A stretch of DNA of 55,535 nt, from NCBI GenBank assembly GCA_026391215.1, contig JAPLDX010000078.1, forward strand, positions 1 through 55,535, read 5' to 3'. The number at the start of each line of letters is the position of its first letter. The first letter of the stretch is position 1. The DNA comes from Bacteroidia bacterium. GTDB taxonomy: Bacteria > Bacteroidota > Bacteroidia > Bacteroidales > VadinHA17. Positions 1 through 9,376 of this stretch are shown here, in pieces. The notes below the pieces were generated by a model. The model was given only the letters and a program-made list of their open reading frames with translations. It was not told the origin of the DNA and ran no database searches. A program made the position numbers and the translations under genes.

Positions 1-124
1 GATCAGGTTTGGGAAACCGGAAAGGACCGTCCTGGAACCATGGCCTTGTTTCCTGGGCTGTCAGGTTCTGAAGACATAACAACGCTATCAGAACCGGCAT
101 TACAAAAAAAGTTTTCATTTTCAT
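1..124 (-). CDS. 5' part of a secreted protein, runs off the left edge
   Basis: Manual translation from ATG 124/118: MKMKTFFVMPVLIALLCLQNLTAQETRPWFQDGPFRFPKPD, a Sec signal peptide ending in A-Q; frame open to position 1. Confidence 0.6.
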   Translation of the reverse strand, partial: MKMKTFFVMPVLIALLCLQNLTAQETRPWFQDGPFRFPKPD

Positions 125-248
125 GCTTATTTTAAAATTTAGATTATTTCGCTTTTCATGTCGGGTCTTACATGGATGAAAAGTAATGTGAATATACAAC
201 TCTGGTCTGATTTTTGAGAAAGAAATGACTGGTTCTTTTACAATATTG

Positions 249-256
249 TATCTTTG
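249..256 (+). promoter_or_regulatory. Bacteroidota housekeeping promoter -7 element for tmRNA
   Basis: TATCTTTG matches TAnnTTTG, about 15 nt upstream of the tmRNA 5' end. Confidence 0.65.
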
Positions 257-271
257 CAGGACATATCACAT

Positions 272-663
272 GGGGCTGACATGGTTTTGACAGCATGAGG
301 GGTGGTATGTAAGCATGCAGTGCGTGGTGGCGCGTCACTTAAACAGTGTCACAAAACAACAAAAGGCGAATCTAATTACGCTCTCGCTGCTTAAGCGAAC
401 AAAGTAGCTTAGGCTTTATCCAGGCACATGTGCCGGGACGAGACGTCTCCCGGGCGGTCAAGCCCTGATCCAACCCGACAAGGAGGCGCGAGCAATCCGG
501 GGCTAGCCTGAAGATCGTTCCGCTCGGATGGTGAAGCAAACAGGAAATAAGGGCCGTTTAGGTTGTTCTGCAGCTGACCGGTCACGAAAATCAAGCAGGA
601 CTAAGCATGTAGAAAGCATATGGCTTCCGTGTTTGGACCGGGGTTCGAATCCCCGCAGCTCCA
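272..663 (+). ncRNA. ssrA: tmRNA
   Basis: 5' GGGGCTG pairs with 3' CAGCTCC-A; T-arm CGGGGTTCGAATCCCCG; tag frame 365-394 = GESNYALAA*; CCA tail not fully encoded. Confidence 0.97.
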
Positions 664-664
664 C

Positions 665-692
665 AAAAAATGCCGCAGGTGCGGCATTTTTT
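665..692. terminator. Bidirectional intrinsic terminator
   Basis: AAAAAATGCCGC-AGGT-GCGGCATTTTTT between convergent ssrA and the 693-2309 gene. Confidence 0.85.
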
Positions 693-2309
693 TCAGAGTT
701 CAATCACAACCTCTGTTCCTGAACTTTTTGATATCTTCAGTATGCCGCCTTCCGGTAATGCATCCCATGTCCAGCTATTATCAGTCATGACCTCTGTTTT
801 ATTTAGCTTTTTGCCATCCGCCATTACGCTTTTCGGTTTTCGGGTAGTCCTTAACACTTCCGATGATCTTTCATCAAATGTTCTGTATGCGACTGCTGTT
901 TCAGAATAATATGCAAAAGAAATGACCGATGTGCTTCGCAGTATATGGTTTTCTGCCGCTGGTGCCAGCTCAGGCATTGCTGCCATGGCCCGGATATAGT
1001 GGCGGATATAATCCCCATAACCATCTGTGAGCCAGATATCGTCGCGGATATACCTGTTACGTCCGTCGGCAGCAACGGTATAGGTTGCCCAGTTGAGGGT
1101 TCTGACAGCGTTTGAAACGAAGGTTGTGTCACCAGATAATTCAGTATACATTAATTCCACCGAAGCCTGCCGTGAAGAATGTCTGTTGCCGGGAACCCTG
1201 TAAACTGTTTGTTCATTCATGACAGTCACCTTGTATTTTTCATATTCATGATTCCCCAGCTCCCTGTATGTCCAGTCGATTATACCCTTCACATCCTGTT
1301 TCCATGACGGGAACATATCCCTGTGATCCAAGATGAACATGGCAAAGCTTATGGCATTTGTCTGGGTATCGCTCCATCCCGGTATATCTTCAAAGAAAGG
1401 GCCCCATTTATTAGTTTTAAGCGGATAATTTTTCATCCATTCATAAAATACATTGAAGGCTTTTTCATAAACTTCTTTTTCATCCTTCTCAAGTTCCTGC
1501 ATAGCTTCAAAGAGTCTCATGGTGCCGGTCCAGTTCGAGGTATATAATGCTGATTCTACGGCTTTTCCTGAAAAGTCATTCCTGAAGAGCAATCCGGCCT
1601 CGCCTGTCTCCGCATTAACCCTGAAGGGAAGAGGTGACTTTTCAGCGTTACCAGGCTGAATATGTTCTGCGAGGATTTGTGCAATTCGTACTGCGGCATC
1701 AAGGTACTTTCTTTCACCTGTCATCCTGTATAAATTAACCAGTTCGAATCCGAAGCTTCCGGCCTTGTCGGGCTGGGTTATTCCTTTTCCGTTACGCATA
1801 TCGCCATCATACTTCCCTGAATGAATATCTGTGTTGTAAGGATAAGGCAGAAACGGCCACCTGTCATCAGGCGATGATAATGAGCGTTCCAGGTATGTAT
1901 CAGAAATATAACGCATGTTTTCAACAATTTCGGAATAGCCTGTATAAGCATAAAGAAGACCCCATGATGAGAGAGCCATATTTATCTGGTCTCCGCCAAG
2001 TCCGCGCATATCATGCTCCTGTTTCCAGACCTGGTGATTCATATAATACTTTAAACCGTTGGAATCAGTCTCCATATTCTTCCAGAAATTCCATACCAGC
2101 ATCAGAACTGTATCATACGACTTTCCCCTGTCGGCGGAGAACCACGGAAGAATGGATCCGTCGCTCCTGCTTATACGCACAGGGTGATACTGGATCGTAT
2201 CGCTGTAAAGGATAGTGTCGTTTGACGGCATATTTTGCTGATCTTTTATAGAGCATGAAGCCATGAATAATGCTGTGACTGTAATGAAGATGATTGGTCT
2301 TTTTTTCAT
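693..2309 (-). CDS. Hypothetical lipoprotein, possibly six-hairpin glycosidase-like (alpha/alpha barrel)
   Basis: Lipobox FMASC; aromatic-rich helical repeats such as LYAYTG and LYRMTGERKYLDAA typical of (alpha/alpha)6 folds. Confidence 0.6.
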   Translation of the reverse strand: MKKRPIIFITVTALFMASCSIKDQQNMPSNDTILYSDTIQYHPVRISRSDGSILPWFSADRGKSYDTVLMLVWNFWKNMETDSNGLKYYMNHQVWKQEHDMRGLGGDQINMALSSWGLLYAYTGYSEIVENMRYISDTYLERSLSSPDDRWPFLPYPYNTDIHSGKYDGDMRNGKGITQPDKAGSFGFELVNLYRMTGERKYLDAAVRIAQILAEHIQPGNAEKSPLPFRVNAETGEAGLLFRNDFSGKAVESALYTSNWTGTMRLFEAMQELEKDEKEVYEKAFNVFYEWMKNYPLKTNKWGPFFEDIPGWSDTQTNAISFAMFILDHRDMFPSWKQDVKGIIDWTYRELGNHEYEKYKVTVMNEQTVYRVPGNRHSSRQASVELMYTELSGDTTFVSNAVRTLNWATYTVAADGRNRYIRDDIWLTDGYGDYIRHYIRAMAAMPELAPAAENHILRSTSVISFAYYSETAVAYRTFDERSSEVLRTTRKPKSVMADGKKLNKTEVMTDNSWTWDALPEGGILKISKSSGTEVVIEL

Positions 2310-2521
2310 AAAATATGTTAAATAATTGATTATCTATAAATTATAATTAAAAGTCATCTATTCTTAAAAATAAGGTTGAACGGCATTGCACGCAACTCGC
2401 TTATTTGTCTATTAAAGGTAACCATAATCGACCAATTATGGAGTTATTGAGCACTTAAAGAGGTTGTATTCTAATGCTCTTGCCCGTCTGCTTTTGTGAG
2501 TAAGGTATATGTTTTCGCAAG

Positions 2522-2608
2522 GGCGCAACGGTATAACGGTACGAAGGTACGAGGGTTCGAGGGTACGAGGGTACGAGGGTACGAGGGTACGAAAGTCAAC
2601 GATCGAAC
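2522..2608 (+). repeat. 8-bp tandem array (GGTACGAG type, ending in CGATCGAAC)
   Basis: ggcgcaac ggtataac ggtacgaa ggtacgag ggttcgag (ggtacgag)x3 ggtacgaa ... cgatcgaac. Confidence 0.9.
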
Positions 2609-2630
2609 TAATCTAATTAATATTTCATAA

Positions 2631-2680
2631 TGTTAAATATATTTTACATAAATGATTATATTTGTAAAATATAGTTTACA
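2631..2680 (+). promoter_or_regulatory. TA promoter with two 18-bp palindromic operators
   Basis: TGTTAAATATATTTTACA (2631-2648) and TGTAAAATATAGTTTACA (2663-2680), each 1 mismatch from the perfect palindrome TGTAAAATATATTTTACA; -7 element TATATTTG at 2657-2664. Confidence 0.75.
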
Positions 2681-2682
2681 TT

Positions 2683-3012
2683 ATGGAACCACGAAATACA
2701 ATATTGCTGCCAAAAAGCCAGAAAATTGTTTCTGTTCTGGGAGAAAACATAAAGCTTGCCAGACTGAGAAGAAAATACAGTACACAGCAGGTTTCAGAGA
2801 GAGCAGATATCAGCAGACCTACGCTGGTGTCAATTGAAAAAGGAAATCCAAATGTCAGAATTGGAGCCTATGTTAAAGTACTTTCTGTTCTTGGGTTGGA
2901 GAAGGATTTTCTTGAAGTTGCCAAAGATGATGCTTTGGGACGAAAGCTTCAGGATGCAAAATTAATCGTCAGGGAGCGGGCCCCGAAGAAATCTGTTTCA
3001 AAAGACAAATAA
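2683..3012 (+). CDS. XRE-family HTH protein, HipB-like antitoxin
   Basis: LGENIKLARLRRKYSTQQVSERADISRPTLVSIEKG HTH; stop abuts the hipA ATG. Confidence 0.88.
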   Translation: MEPRNTILLPKSQKIVSVLGENIKLARLRRKYSTQQVSERADISRPTLVSIEKGNPNVRIGAYVKVLSVLGLEKDFLEVAKDDALGRKLQDAKLIVRERAPKKSVSKDK

Positions 3013-4287
3013 ATGGAAACAAGAAGCAATTACAGGGATATATCTGTTTATGCCCAGTGGACCGGAATGAAAGAGCCGGTATACATGGGGAGACTTCAGG
3101 CAGAATATGTCAGGGGAAAGGAGATCTTTTCTTTTAGCTATTCTGACAGCTGGCTTAATTCATCATATTCGCAAATCCTTGATCCTGAATTACAGTTCTT
3201 CTCCGGATCACAGTATGCCAGTGATGAAAAACCGAATTTTGGAATCTTTCTCGATTCATCACCAGATCGCTGGGGACGCCTGCTTATGAAAAGACGTGAG
3301 GCTGAAGCAGCGAGATCAGAAAGCCGGACTGAAATAACTCTCAGAGAATCCGATTACCTGCTTGGAGTATTTGACAGTCACAGGATGGGTGCATTAAGGT
3401 TTAAAGAAAATCCGGATGGCCCCTTTCTGAACAATAATGAAGAACTTGCTTCACCTCCATGGACATCAATTAAAGAACTTGAACAGATAAGCCTGCGACT
3501 TGAAAATGAAGAAGCTGCTGATGATCCTGATTATCTGAAATGGCTATCAATGCTGATAAATCCTGGTTCATCACTGGGCGGATCCAGACCCAAGGCAAGT
3601 GTTCTGGACAATAAAAACAACCTCTGGATTGCTAAATTCCCCAGCAGAAATGATATTAAGAATACCGGAGGATGGGAAATGGTGGCTAATGAACTTGCAA
3701 TTAATGCAGGAATAAATGTTGCACTGTCAATGGTCCGGAAATTCTCAAACCCTCATTATACTTTTCTGACAAAACGATTTGACAGAACCAGTTCCGGCGA
3801 CAGAATACACTATGCTTCCGCTATGACCATGCTGGGTTATAATTACGGTACAGATTTTCATAAAGGGGTCAGTTACCTTGAGATAGTCAATTTCTTAACA
3901 GAGAACGGAGCATATGTTGAAAACGATCTCAAAGAGTTATGGAGAAGAATAGTTTATAATATATTTATTTCCAACACAGACGATCATCTCAGAAATCATG
4001 GATTTATCCTGACTGAAAAAGGATGGATCCTTTCACCGGCATTCGATATTAATCCAAATGAAGACGGATCAGGATTATCTCTGAATATTTCACTGGATGA
4101 TAATTCCCTGAATCCAGACATACCACTGGAGATTGCTGAATATTTCCGTTTAAATAAAGAGAGCGGAGTAAAAATAATTGAGCAAATAAGAAAGTCGGTT
4201 TCAAGATGGAGAACAGCAGCTGACAAATATAAGCTTCCCAGATCGGAGCAGGAGATTATGTCCAGAGCGTTTGACAGGTTCCTCTAA
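3013..4287 (+). CDS. hipA: HipA-family kinase toxin
   Basis: GSSLGGSRPKA P-loop, WIAKFP, NTDDHLRNHGF catalytic loop, LSPAFD. Confidence 0.92.
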   Translation: METRSNYRDISVYAQWTGMKEPVYMGRLQAEYVRGKEIFSFSYSDSWLNSSYSQILDPELQFFSGSQYASDEKPNFGIFLDSSPDRWGRLLMKRREAEAARSESRTEITLRESDYLLGVFDSHRMGALRFKENPDGPFLNNNEELASPPWTSIKELEQISLRLENEEAADDPDYLKWLSMLINPGSSLGGSRPKASVLDNKNNLWIAKFPSRNDIKNTGGWEMVANELAINAGINVALSMVRKFSNPHYTFLTKRFDRTSSGDRIHYASAMTMLGYNYGTDFHKGVSYLEIVNFLTENGAYVENDLKELWRRIVYNIFISNTDDHLRNHGFILTEKGWILSPAFDINPNEDGSGLSLNISLDDNSLNPDIPLEIAEYFRLNKESGVKIIEQIRKSVSRWRTAADKYKLPRSEQEIMSRAFDRFL

Positions 4288-4450
4288 GGCGCAGCGGTGA
4301 AAAGGTAAAATGGTTCGATGGTTCGATGGTTCGATGGTTCGATGGTTCGATGGTTCGAAGGTTCGAAGGTTCAAGGTTCAACGATCGAACGATCGAACGA
4401 TCAAACGATCGAACGATCAAACGATCAAACAATCAAACGATCAAACGGTT
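4288..4450 (+). repeat. Two-block 8-bp tandem array (GGTTCGAT then CGATCRAA)
   Basis: Starts immediately after the hipA stop; run of GGTTCGAT/GGTTCGAA followed by 8 CGATCGAA/CGATCAAA-type units. Confidence 0.95.
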
Positions 4451-4526
4451 GCAATCCATAATTCAGAAAACTTTACTAACTTGCTAAATCAGTTTCATCA
4501 TTTATCAAAACTAAAATACCGGAAAA

Positions 4527-5054
4527 ATGGTTGAGGAAATAAAAGCTCAATGGCAACTTGATGAAAACGGGTACGTTACATATCCAAAGGTTGTTGATTG
4601 TCCGGAGACAGACAAAACGGAGCTTTATAAAAGAGCAATGGATTATTTTGCTGACAACTACAGTGATGTCAATTCAGTCATCCAGGAAAGAGATGTCGTT
4701 AATGGTATTATAATCGGGAAAGGAGTTTTTAAGAAAGTTCAGGTTCATACCTCTGTACTAAAAAATTCTATTGTTGACACCTGGCATATTTTAAAAGTGG
4801 AAGTCAGAGACGGCAGGGCAAAGATCACCTTATCATTGACTCAATATGATGAATCAGTAAGAGGAAGTGAGCCGCCTGATATTCATTATCTTTATCCGAT
4901 AACAAAACAATATCCATTCAATCCTGCCGGCTACGAGAAAGATCTTTATGAACAAGCCTTCAAAATATCACTTCAGAAAGCTGTTGAAGCAATAGCATCT
5001 GTTGAAAGAGCCCTGTTGGAAAAGAGTACAAAAGAAAAGAAGGATACCTGGTAA
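4527..5054 (+). CDS. DUF4468-like hypothetical protein
   Basis: KTELYKRAMDYF...SVIQ..D...GIIIGKG and LKVEVRDGRAKI resemble DUF4468-type proteins. Confidence 0.6.
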   Translation: MVEEIKAQWQLDENGYVTYPKVVDCPETDKTELYKRAMDYFADNYSDVNSVIQERDVVNGIIIGKGVFKKVQVHTSVLKNSIVDTWHILKVEVRDGRAKITLSLTQYDESVRGSEPPDIHYLYPITKQYPFNPAGYEKDLYEQAFKISLQKAVEAIASVERALLEKSTKEKKDTW

Positions 5055-5059
5055 TACCT

Positions 5060-5142
5060 GTGCGAAGGTAAAATGGTACGATGGTACGAAGGTTCGATGG
5101 TACGAAGGTACGAAGGTTCAACGATCGAACGATCGAACGGTT
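5060..5142 (+). repeat. Two-block 8-bp tandem array, same family as 4288-4450
   Basis: ggtaaaat ggtacgat ggtacgaa ggttcgat ggtacgaa ggtacgaa ggttcaa cgatcgaa cgatcgaa cggtt. Confidence 0.9.
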
Positions 5143-5144
5143 AT

Positions 5145-6245
5145 TCACTTTATTTTAATCCTGGTACCGTTTGAGAGATTCTTATAAAAAGAGCCGTTCA
5201 CGTACATGAGCATCTCTTCGGGTTTATGATACATCATGCCGGTATCTGTTCCAAGGATCTTATTGTGGAATAATAATGTTATCCCGTCATGTGGAGTATG
5301 CCCGACTACGATATGTTCTTTCCCATAGAAATCCAGGATGGGATCAATCATATTTTCATGGAGAGTTGTATCGCTGAAATAGCCCCGGTACCAGACTGGG
5401 CCCATCCCTGAATCAAGGAAATCAAGCTCTTCATTATATTTAACCTCACCAGCGGTTTCAGCTGTGAAATTTTCAGAGAATTTACTATTGATCTGCTCAA
5501 TAGTCAGATTCCTCTGGACCATCTCAGGCGAAATTCCTGCATGCACAAAAAGGATGTTGTCCACGGTTATCATGACCGGCATGGAACGCAGCCACCTGCC
5601 CAGGACAGAACTGTCGGAATACAGATCACCGTAACGGGTGCCTGTAATTTTTTCAATGTTCTGATATTTTTCATTTATGTACCGCACATCGTTGTTGAGT
5701 ACCATAAATTCATGATTCCCAAGCAATATATGTACCTTCCCTCCTGCCTTTTCCGCCTGTTTTTCCAGGCCAAAGAGATGCCACAGAATTTCTGTAACCA
5801 TATCGCCCCTGTCGAACATATCGCCAAGTATCACCAGATGTCCGCTGCCGAATTTCCAGTTCAGTTTGCTGTCAATGATACCCATTGCTTTCAGGGAACT
5901 TATATAGCTCCTGTATTCTCCATGAATATCCGTAAGCATGCCAATGCTGTCAGCCATGGTGTAAGATTGCCTGTAATCAGGCTTTACTGAATAAACGCTT
6001 TTCAGATCATCGTAACTGAACGACAGCCTGAATTTCTTCTTATATTTTTTAAAGTTATCCGGTGTGAGGAGCTTTTCCCTTAAGTTATTGTCATGGACCC
6101 ACTTTACCTTAAGTTCATTATTAACCATAAAAATATAGGGACCGTCAATTATTAAATCAGGATTGCCTGCCTGAGGATTAAAAGCTGCAAAAGCATTCTG
6201 ACTCAGGATTATGAATATTACCAGGTAAAAAAGCTGTTTCTTCAT
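5145..6245 (-). CDS. Exported PPP-type metallophosphoesterase (Shewanella-like phosphatase)
   Basis: DIHG, GDMFDRG, GNHE, HAG, GHT and DTG motifs; signal peptide from MKKQLF (ORF track start 6284). Confidence 0.85.
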   Translation of the reverse strand: MKKQLFYLVIFIILSQNAFAAFNPQAGNPDLIIDGPYIFMVNNELKVKWVHDNNLREKLLTPDNFKKYKKKFRLSFSYDDLKSVYSVKPDYRQSYTMADSIGMLTDIHGEYRSYISSLKAMGIIDSKLNWKFGSGHLVILGDMFDRGDMVTEILWHLFGLEKQAEKAGGKVHILLGNHEFMVLNNDVRYINEKYQNIEKITGTRYGDLYSDSSVLGRWLRSMPVMITVDNILFVHAGISPEMVQRNLTIEQINSKFSENFTAETAGEVKYNEELDFLDSGMGPVWYRGYFSDTTLHENMIDPILDFYGKEHIVVGHTPHDGITLLFHNKILGTDTGMMYHKPEEMLMYVNGSFYKNLSNGTRIKIK

Positions 6246-6353
6246 GACATTAAAAGAACAAAATATAAGGATCATTTGTTTCATTCGTTGTTATAAAAGT
6301 GAATAAAAATTCATATCTATGCTAAAAATAGCTTGTGTAAAATAATAATTCTG

Positions 6354-7421
6354 ATGAATCTGATTTTCTCTATAAAATCCAATTTCCTGAAGATCTCCGT
6401 TTTTACGCTATCATTAATTCATATAACAAATTCAGTATCGGCAGCAAGGATTGACAGCTTGTTCCGGTCGGATGAAATAATTAAAATGGAATTAAGATCT
6501 GACTTTTCGGCAATCCGGGAAGACCGGACAGAAAATCCTGAATATCACGATGGTGAATTGATTTATTATACTCCGGGCAGTGCCCCGGTTAAGTTATTCG
6601 TAAAGGTGATGGTCAGAGGAAATTTCCGTCTAAATCCGGTAAATTGTAATTTTCCGCCCTTGTTTGTGGATTTCAAGAAAAGTGAAGTAGAAAATACAAT
6701 ATTCGAAAACCAGAACATCCTGAAGTTAGTCACACCTTGTCAGCTTGAAGAAGATGTAATCGAAGAATACACTATTTATAAATTATATAATCAGGTTACA
6801 GATCTGAGTATGAAAGTAAGACTGGTAAAGATATTGTACTTTGATTACGGCCGTAATAAACAGGTTTTTGAGAAATACAGTTTTTTTATTGAAGATAAAG
6901 ATCGTTTTGCTGAACGAAATAATGCTTTTGTAAAGGACAGATTTTTAACACCTTTTGATTTAAACAAGGAGAACTTACAAAGATTATCATTTTTCCAGTA
7001 CATCATAGGAAATAAAGACTGGTATATCTCTTCAAGAAAAAATATAGTGATTTTGCAGTCTAAGGATACCACTCAGGAACTTTATGCTGTTCCTTTTGAT
7101 TTTGACTTTTCAGGTTTTGTTAACGCTGAATATACTAAATCCAAAGGAGAACCTGAGGAATTTTTCATTGAAAGAAGAGTTTATAAGGGATTATGCTATA
7201 CGGAAGATGAGCTACTGGAAATTTTTAAATTTTATCGGGAAATAAGGCCGGTTTTCGAATCCGTAATTAATAATCAGAAGCTCATATCGAATTCCGACAG
7301 AAAGCAGATTCTCAGATATATTAACCATTTTTATAAAGTTCTTGAGAATGGCGAACTTATCAAACAGGAATTTATGAGTGATTGCGAAACCAGGAAGGAC
7401 TACAATTTAAGGGAGAAATAG
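6354..7421 (+). CDS. Exported hypothetical protein with CotH/atypical kinase-like motifs
   Basis: RGNFR, LKLVT, EEYTIYKLYN, FFIED, GNKDW..KN, PFDFDFS; probable signal peptide ending VSA; start uncertain (6333 TTG or 6354 ATG). Confidence 0.6.
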   Translation: MNLIFSIKSNFLKISVFTLSLIHITNSVSAARIDSLFRSDEIIKMELRSDFSAIREDRTENPEYHDGELIYYTPGSAPVKLFVKVMVRGNFRLNPVNCNFPPLFVDFKKSEVENTIFENQNILKLVTPCQLEEDVIEEYTIYKLYNQVTDLSMKVRLVKILYFDYGRNKQVFEKYSFFIEDKDRFAERNNAFVKDRFLTPFDLNKENLQRLSFFQYIIGNKDWYISSRKNIVILQSKDTTQELYAVPFDFDFSGFVNAEYTKSKGEPEEFFIERRVYKGLCYTEDELLEIFKFYREIRPVFESVINNQKLISNSDRKQILRYINHFYKVLENGELIKQEFMSDCETRKDYNLREK

Positions 7422-7452
7422 GTGTAAAGGCATGAAGGCGCATATTATCTTC

Positions 7453-7573
7453 ATGTACCCACCCCCTCCTGTCCCCCTCCCTGCTTCGCAATGAGGGGGA
7501 AACATACTGATACACAAAAACATAAGCCCCCTTCCTTACGAAGTAGAGAAGGGGGTTGGGGAAAGGGTTCATG
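7453..7573. repeat. GC-rich REP/MITE-like double-hairpin element
   Basis: C-rich left arm and G-rich right arm with two internal hairpins; ends CATGTACCC / GGGTTCATG are near-inverted. Confidence 0.75.
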
Positions 7574-7578
7574 CAGTT

Positions 7579-8526
7579 TTATCCTTCCAGCATCTTTATT
7601 ATGCTGCTGTAGCTCGAAGCAACATCTTCGAATGATTGCGCCGTATCCTGCTCGTAGAAATAGTATTTCATCCCGGCCAGTTTTGCATTGGCGAACGCCG
7701 GACCGAAATCAATATTCCCCTTTCCTACAGGTACGATCATATTGCTGGCGAGATCGAAATCCTTAACGTGGAACAACGGGAACCTCCCCGGATTGCCTTT
7801 GAAAAGCTCAACCGGATCCTTCTTTGCTGTGGCAACCCATCCCAGGTCAAGCTCCAGTTTGACCAGGTGCTTATCTGTCTGGGATAATATCATATCATAA
7901 GAGGTCGTTCCTTCAATTGGAACCCATTCGGTTGCATGGTTATGAAAGGCAAACTGAAGCTCTGCTTTTTTACATGCTTCACCAGCCTTGCTGAATGTGC
8001 CAATTGCTTCTTTGATATTGTCAATTGTGGAGACGGCAGTTGAAGCACATATCAGGTACTCTAGACCTCCTTCTGCAGCATCATCAACAAGTTTCTGCAG
8101 GTTGTCTGTAAGATTGGGGGCTTTCATCATTTGGGCATACTGCATCATCATATCATACTGTGCCTGCTGTTCAGGAGTAGGATTATCCGGCAGCGCAAAA
8201 AGCTTTGTGATTGGCACGCCCATAGCATGATGACCGATCCATTTCATCCCAAGGTCGTCGATAATGACCTTTAATTCCTTTGGCCTCATGCCATAATATT
8301 TGTCATCGGTGTAGGTAGCAGTCTCGATGTTCTTAAACCCGATATCAGCCAGTTTTTTGAATGCTGCGGCGACATCAGTGCCCATGAAATTGTTGATCGT
8401 AAAGGTCTGGATCCCGACTCCGGCAAGTTTACTGCCTTTACAGGATGCTGTTAAAAATGAGGGCGTAACCATGCTCCCGAGAGCAGCTGCACCTGTGATC
8501 TTCAGAAAGTCTCTTCTGTTCGTCAT
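7579..8526 (-). CDS. Tat-exported sugar-phosphate isomerase/epimerase-family TIM barrel (AP_endonuc_2)
   Basis: NRRDFLK twin-arginine; FHNHATE, ELDLGW, HVKD, YEQD motifs; likely start MTNRR (track start 8586). Confidence 0.85.
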   Translation of the reverse strand: MTNRRDFLKITGAAALGSMVTPSFLTASCKGSKLAGVGIQTFTINNFMGTDVAAAFKKLADIGFKNIETATYTDDKYYGMRPKELKVIIDDLGMKWIGHHAMGVPITKLFALPDNPTPEQQAQYDMMMQYAQMMKAPNLTDNLQKLVDDAAEGGLEYLICASTAVSTIDNIKEAIGTFSKAGEACKKAELQFAFHNHATEWVPIEGTTSYDMILSQTDKHLVKLELDLGWVATAKKDPVELFKGNPGRFPLFHVKDFDLASNMIVPVGKGNIDFGPAFANAKLAGMKYYFYEQDTAQSFEDVASSYSSIIKMLEG

Positions 8527-8596
8527 TGTGGTGTGATTTAGGTACGCGATTATGAATGCTAATATTACAAAATTATATTTATTCATTTAATCCCAA

Positions 8597-8710
8597 GTAC
8601 TCACCCCCCGCCCCCTCTCTGCTAAAGCAAAGAGGGGGAGAATATTGGTTTACAACAACTTAGCCCCCTGCCTTGCTTCAGCAGGGAAGGGGGTTGGGGG
8701 AAGGGTACAT
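8597..8710. repeat. GC-rich REP/MITE-like double-hairpin element
   Basis: GTACTCACCCCCCGCCCCCTCTCTGC...AGAGGGGG spacer AGCCCCCTGCCTTGC...GGGGGTTGGGGGAAGGGTAC; same layout as 7453-7573. Confidence 0.75.
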
Positions 8711-8719
8711 ATAATAACT

Positions 8720-9217
8720 CTAAAACTTATATCCAATCCCTAAATTTACTAAAGTCGGAATATTTATACCAAACCTTAAGACAAGTTTTCCATCAGGCTT
8801 TTCGTGACGATAGCCAAAATACAGATCAGGCAAATAAGGATAACCAAACGTATTCATTACTTCATCCCTGCCGGTAATAAAATACTTGATCCCAAGAATC
8901 AGTTCAAAGTGGGCTGTCCTCTTTCCTATCAGATGTACAAGACTGGCATTCAGGTAATTCCCTCCGTAACCATATTTTGTGGGTTCATCTTTCCATAAGC
9001 CAAAACCAAACCTGAGATTGGTATATGATCGTGGCCGCTGGAAGATATTCCTTTCATAATTAAGGTTCCACTCAAATATCCCGACATACGCGCCGATATA
9101 GTTGCGCTTGTATTCAATAAAAGGATTTTCATCCCATGGTTTTATATCCTCCTTGCCCTGTGCAAATGAGATAAGTCCGGATAGTAGCAATATCGATGTC
9201 ACAAGTGCTTGTTTCAC
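8720..9217 (-). CDS. Hypothetical small outer-membrane beta-barrel-like protein
   Basis: Signal peptide from GTG 9217 (..ISFA-Q), amphipathic strands, C-terminal LGIGYKF; track start 9280. Confidence 0.55.
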   Translation of the reverse strand: MKQALVTSILLLSGLISFAQGKEDIKPWDENPFIEYKRNYIGAYVGIFEWNLNYERNIFQRPRSYTNLRFGFGLWKDEPTKYGYGGNYLNASLVHLIGKRTAHFELILGIKYFITGRDEVMNTFGYPYLPDLYFGYRHEKPDGKLVLRFGINIPTLVNLGIGYKF

Positions 9218-9376
9218 CTGGAAGGTATTAGTTTGTAACCTAATACTAATAAAGTTACGAAAGATTTTGATAAGTTTCAAATAAGGTTCTTAGTTTTAAT
9301 GTAATCATATTTTCCAATAAACTAATTAATTGCTATATTTCGTTACAAACTTTACAATGGTTTTCTAAACCTATCC

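Noticed and set aside
409-722. Short ORFs overlapping tmRNA
   Set aside because: They lie within the structured RNA and terminator and show no protein features
4288-4450. CRISPR array
   Set aside because: Contiguous 7-8 bp units with no unique spacers; no cas genes in the window
4310-4534. 74-aa ORF MVRWFDGS...
   Set aside because: Translation of the tandem repeat; same for the ORFs at 4960-5148 and 5002-5187
664-5142. Integrative element or prophage at the ssrA 3' end
   Set aside because: No integrase and no duplicated ssrA 3' end seen by eye; the native terminator follows directly
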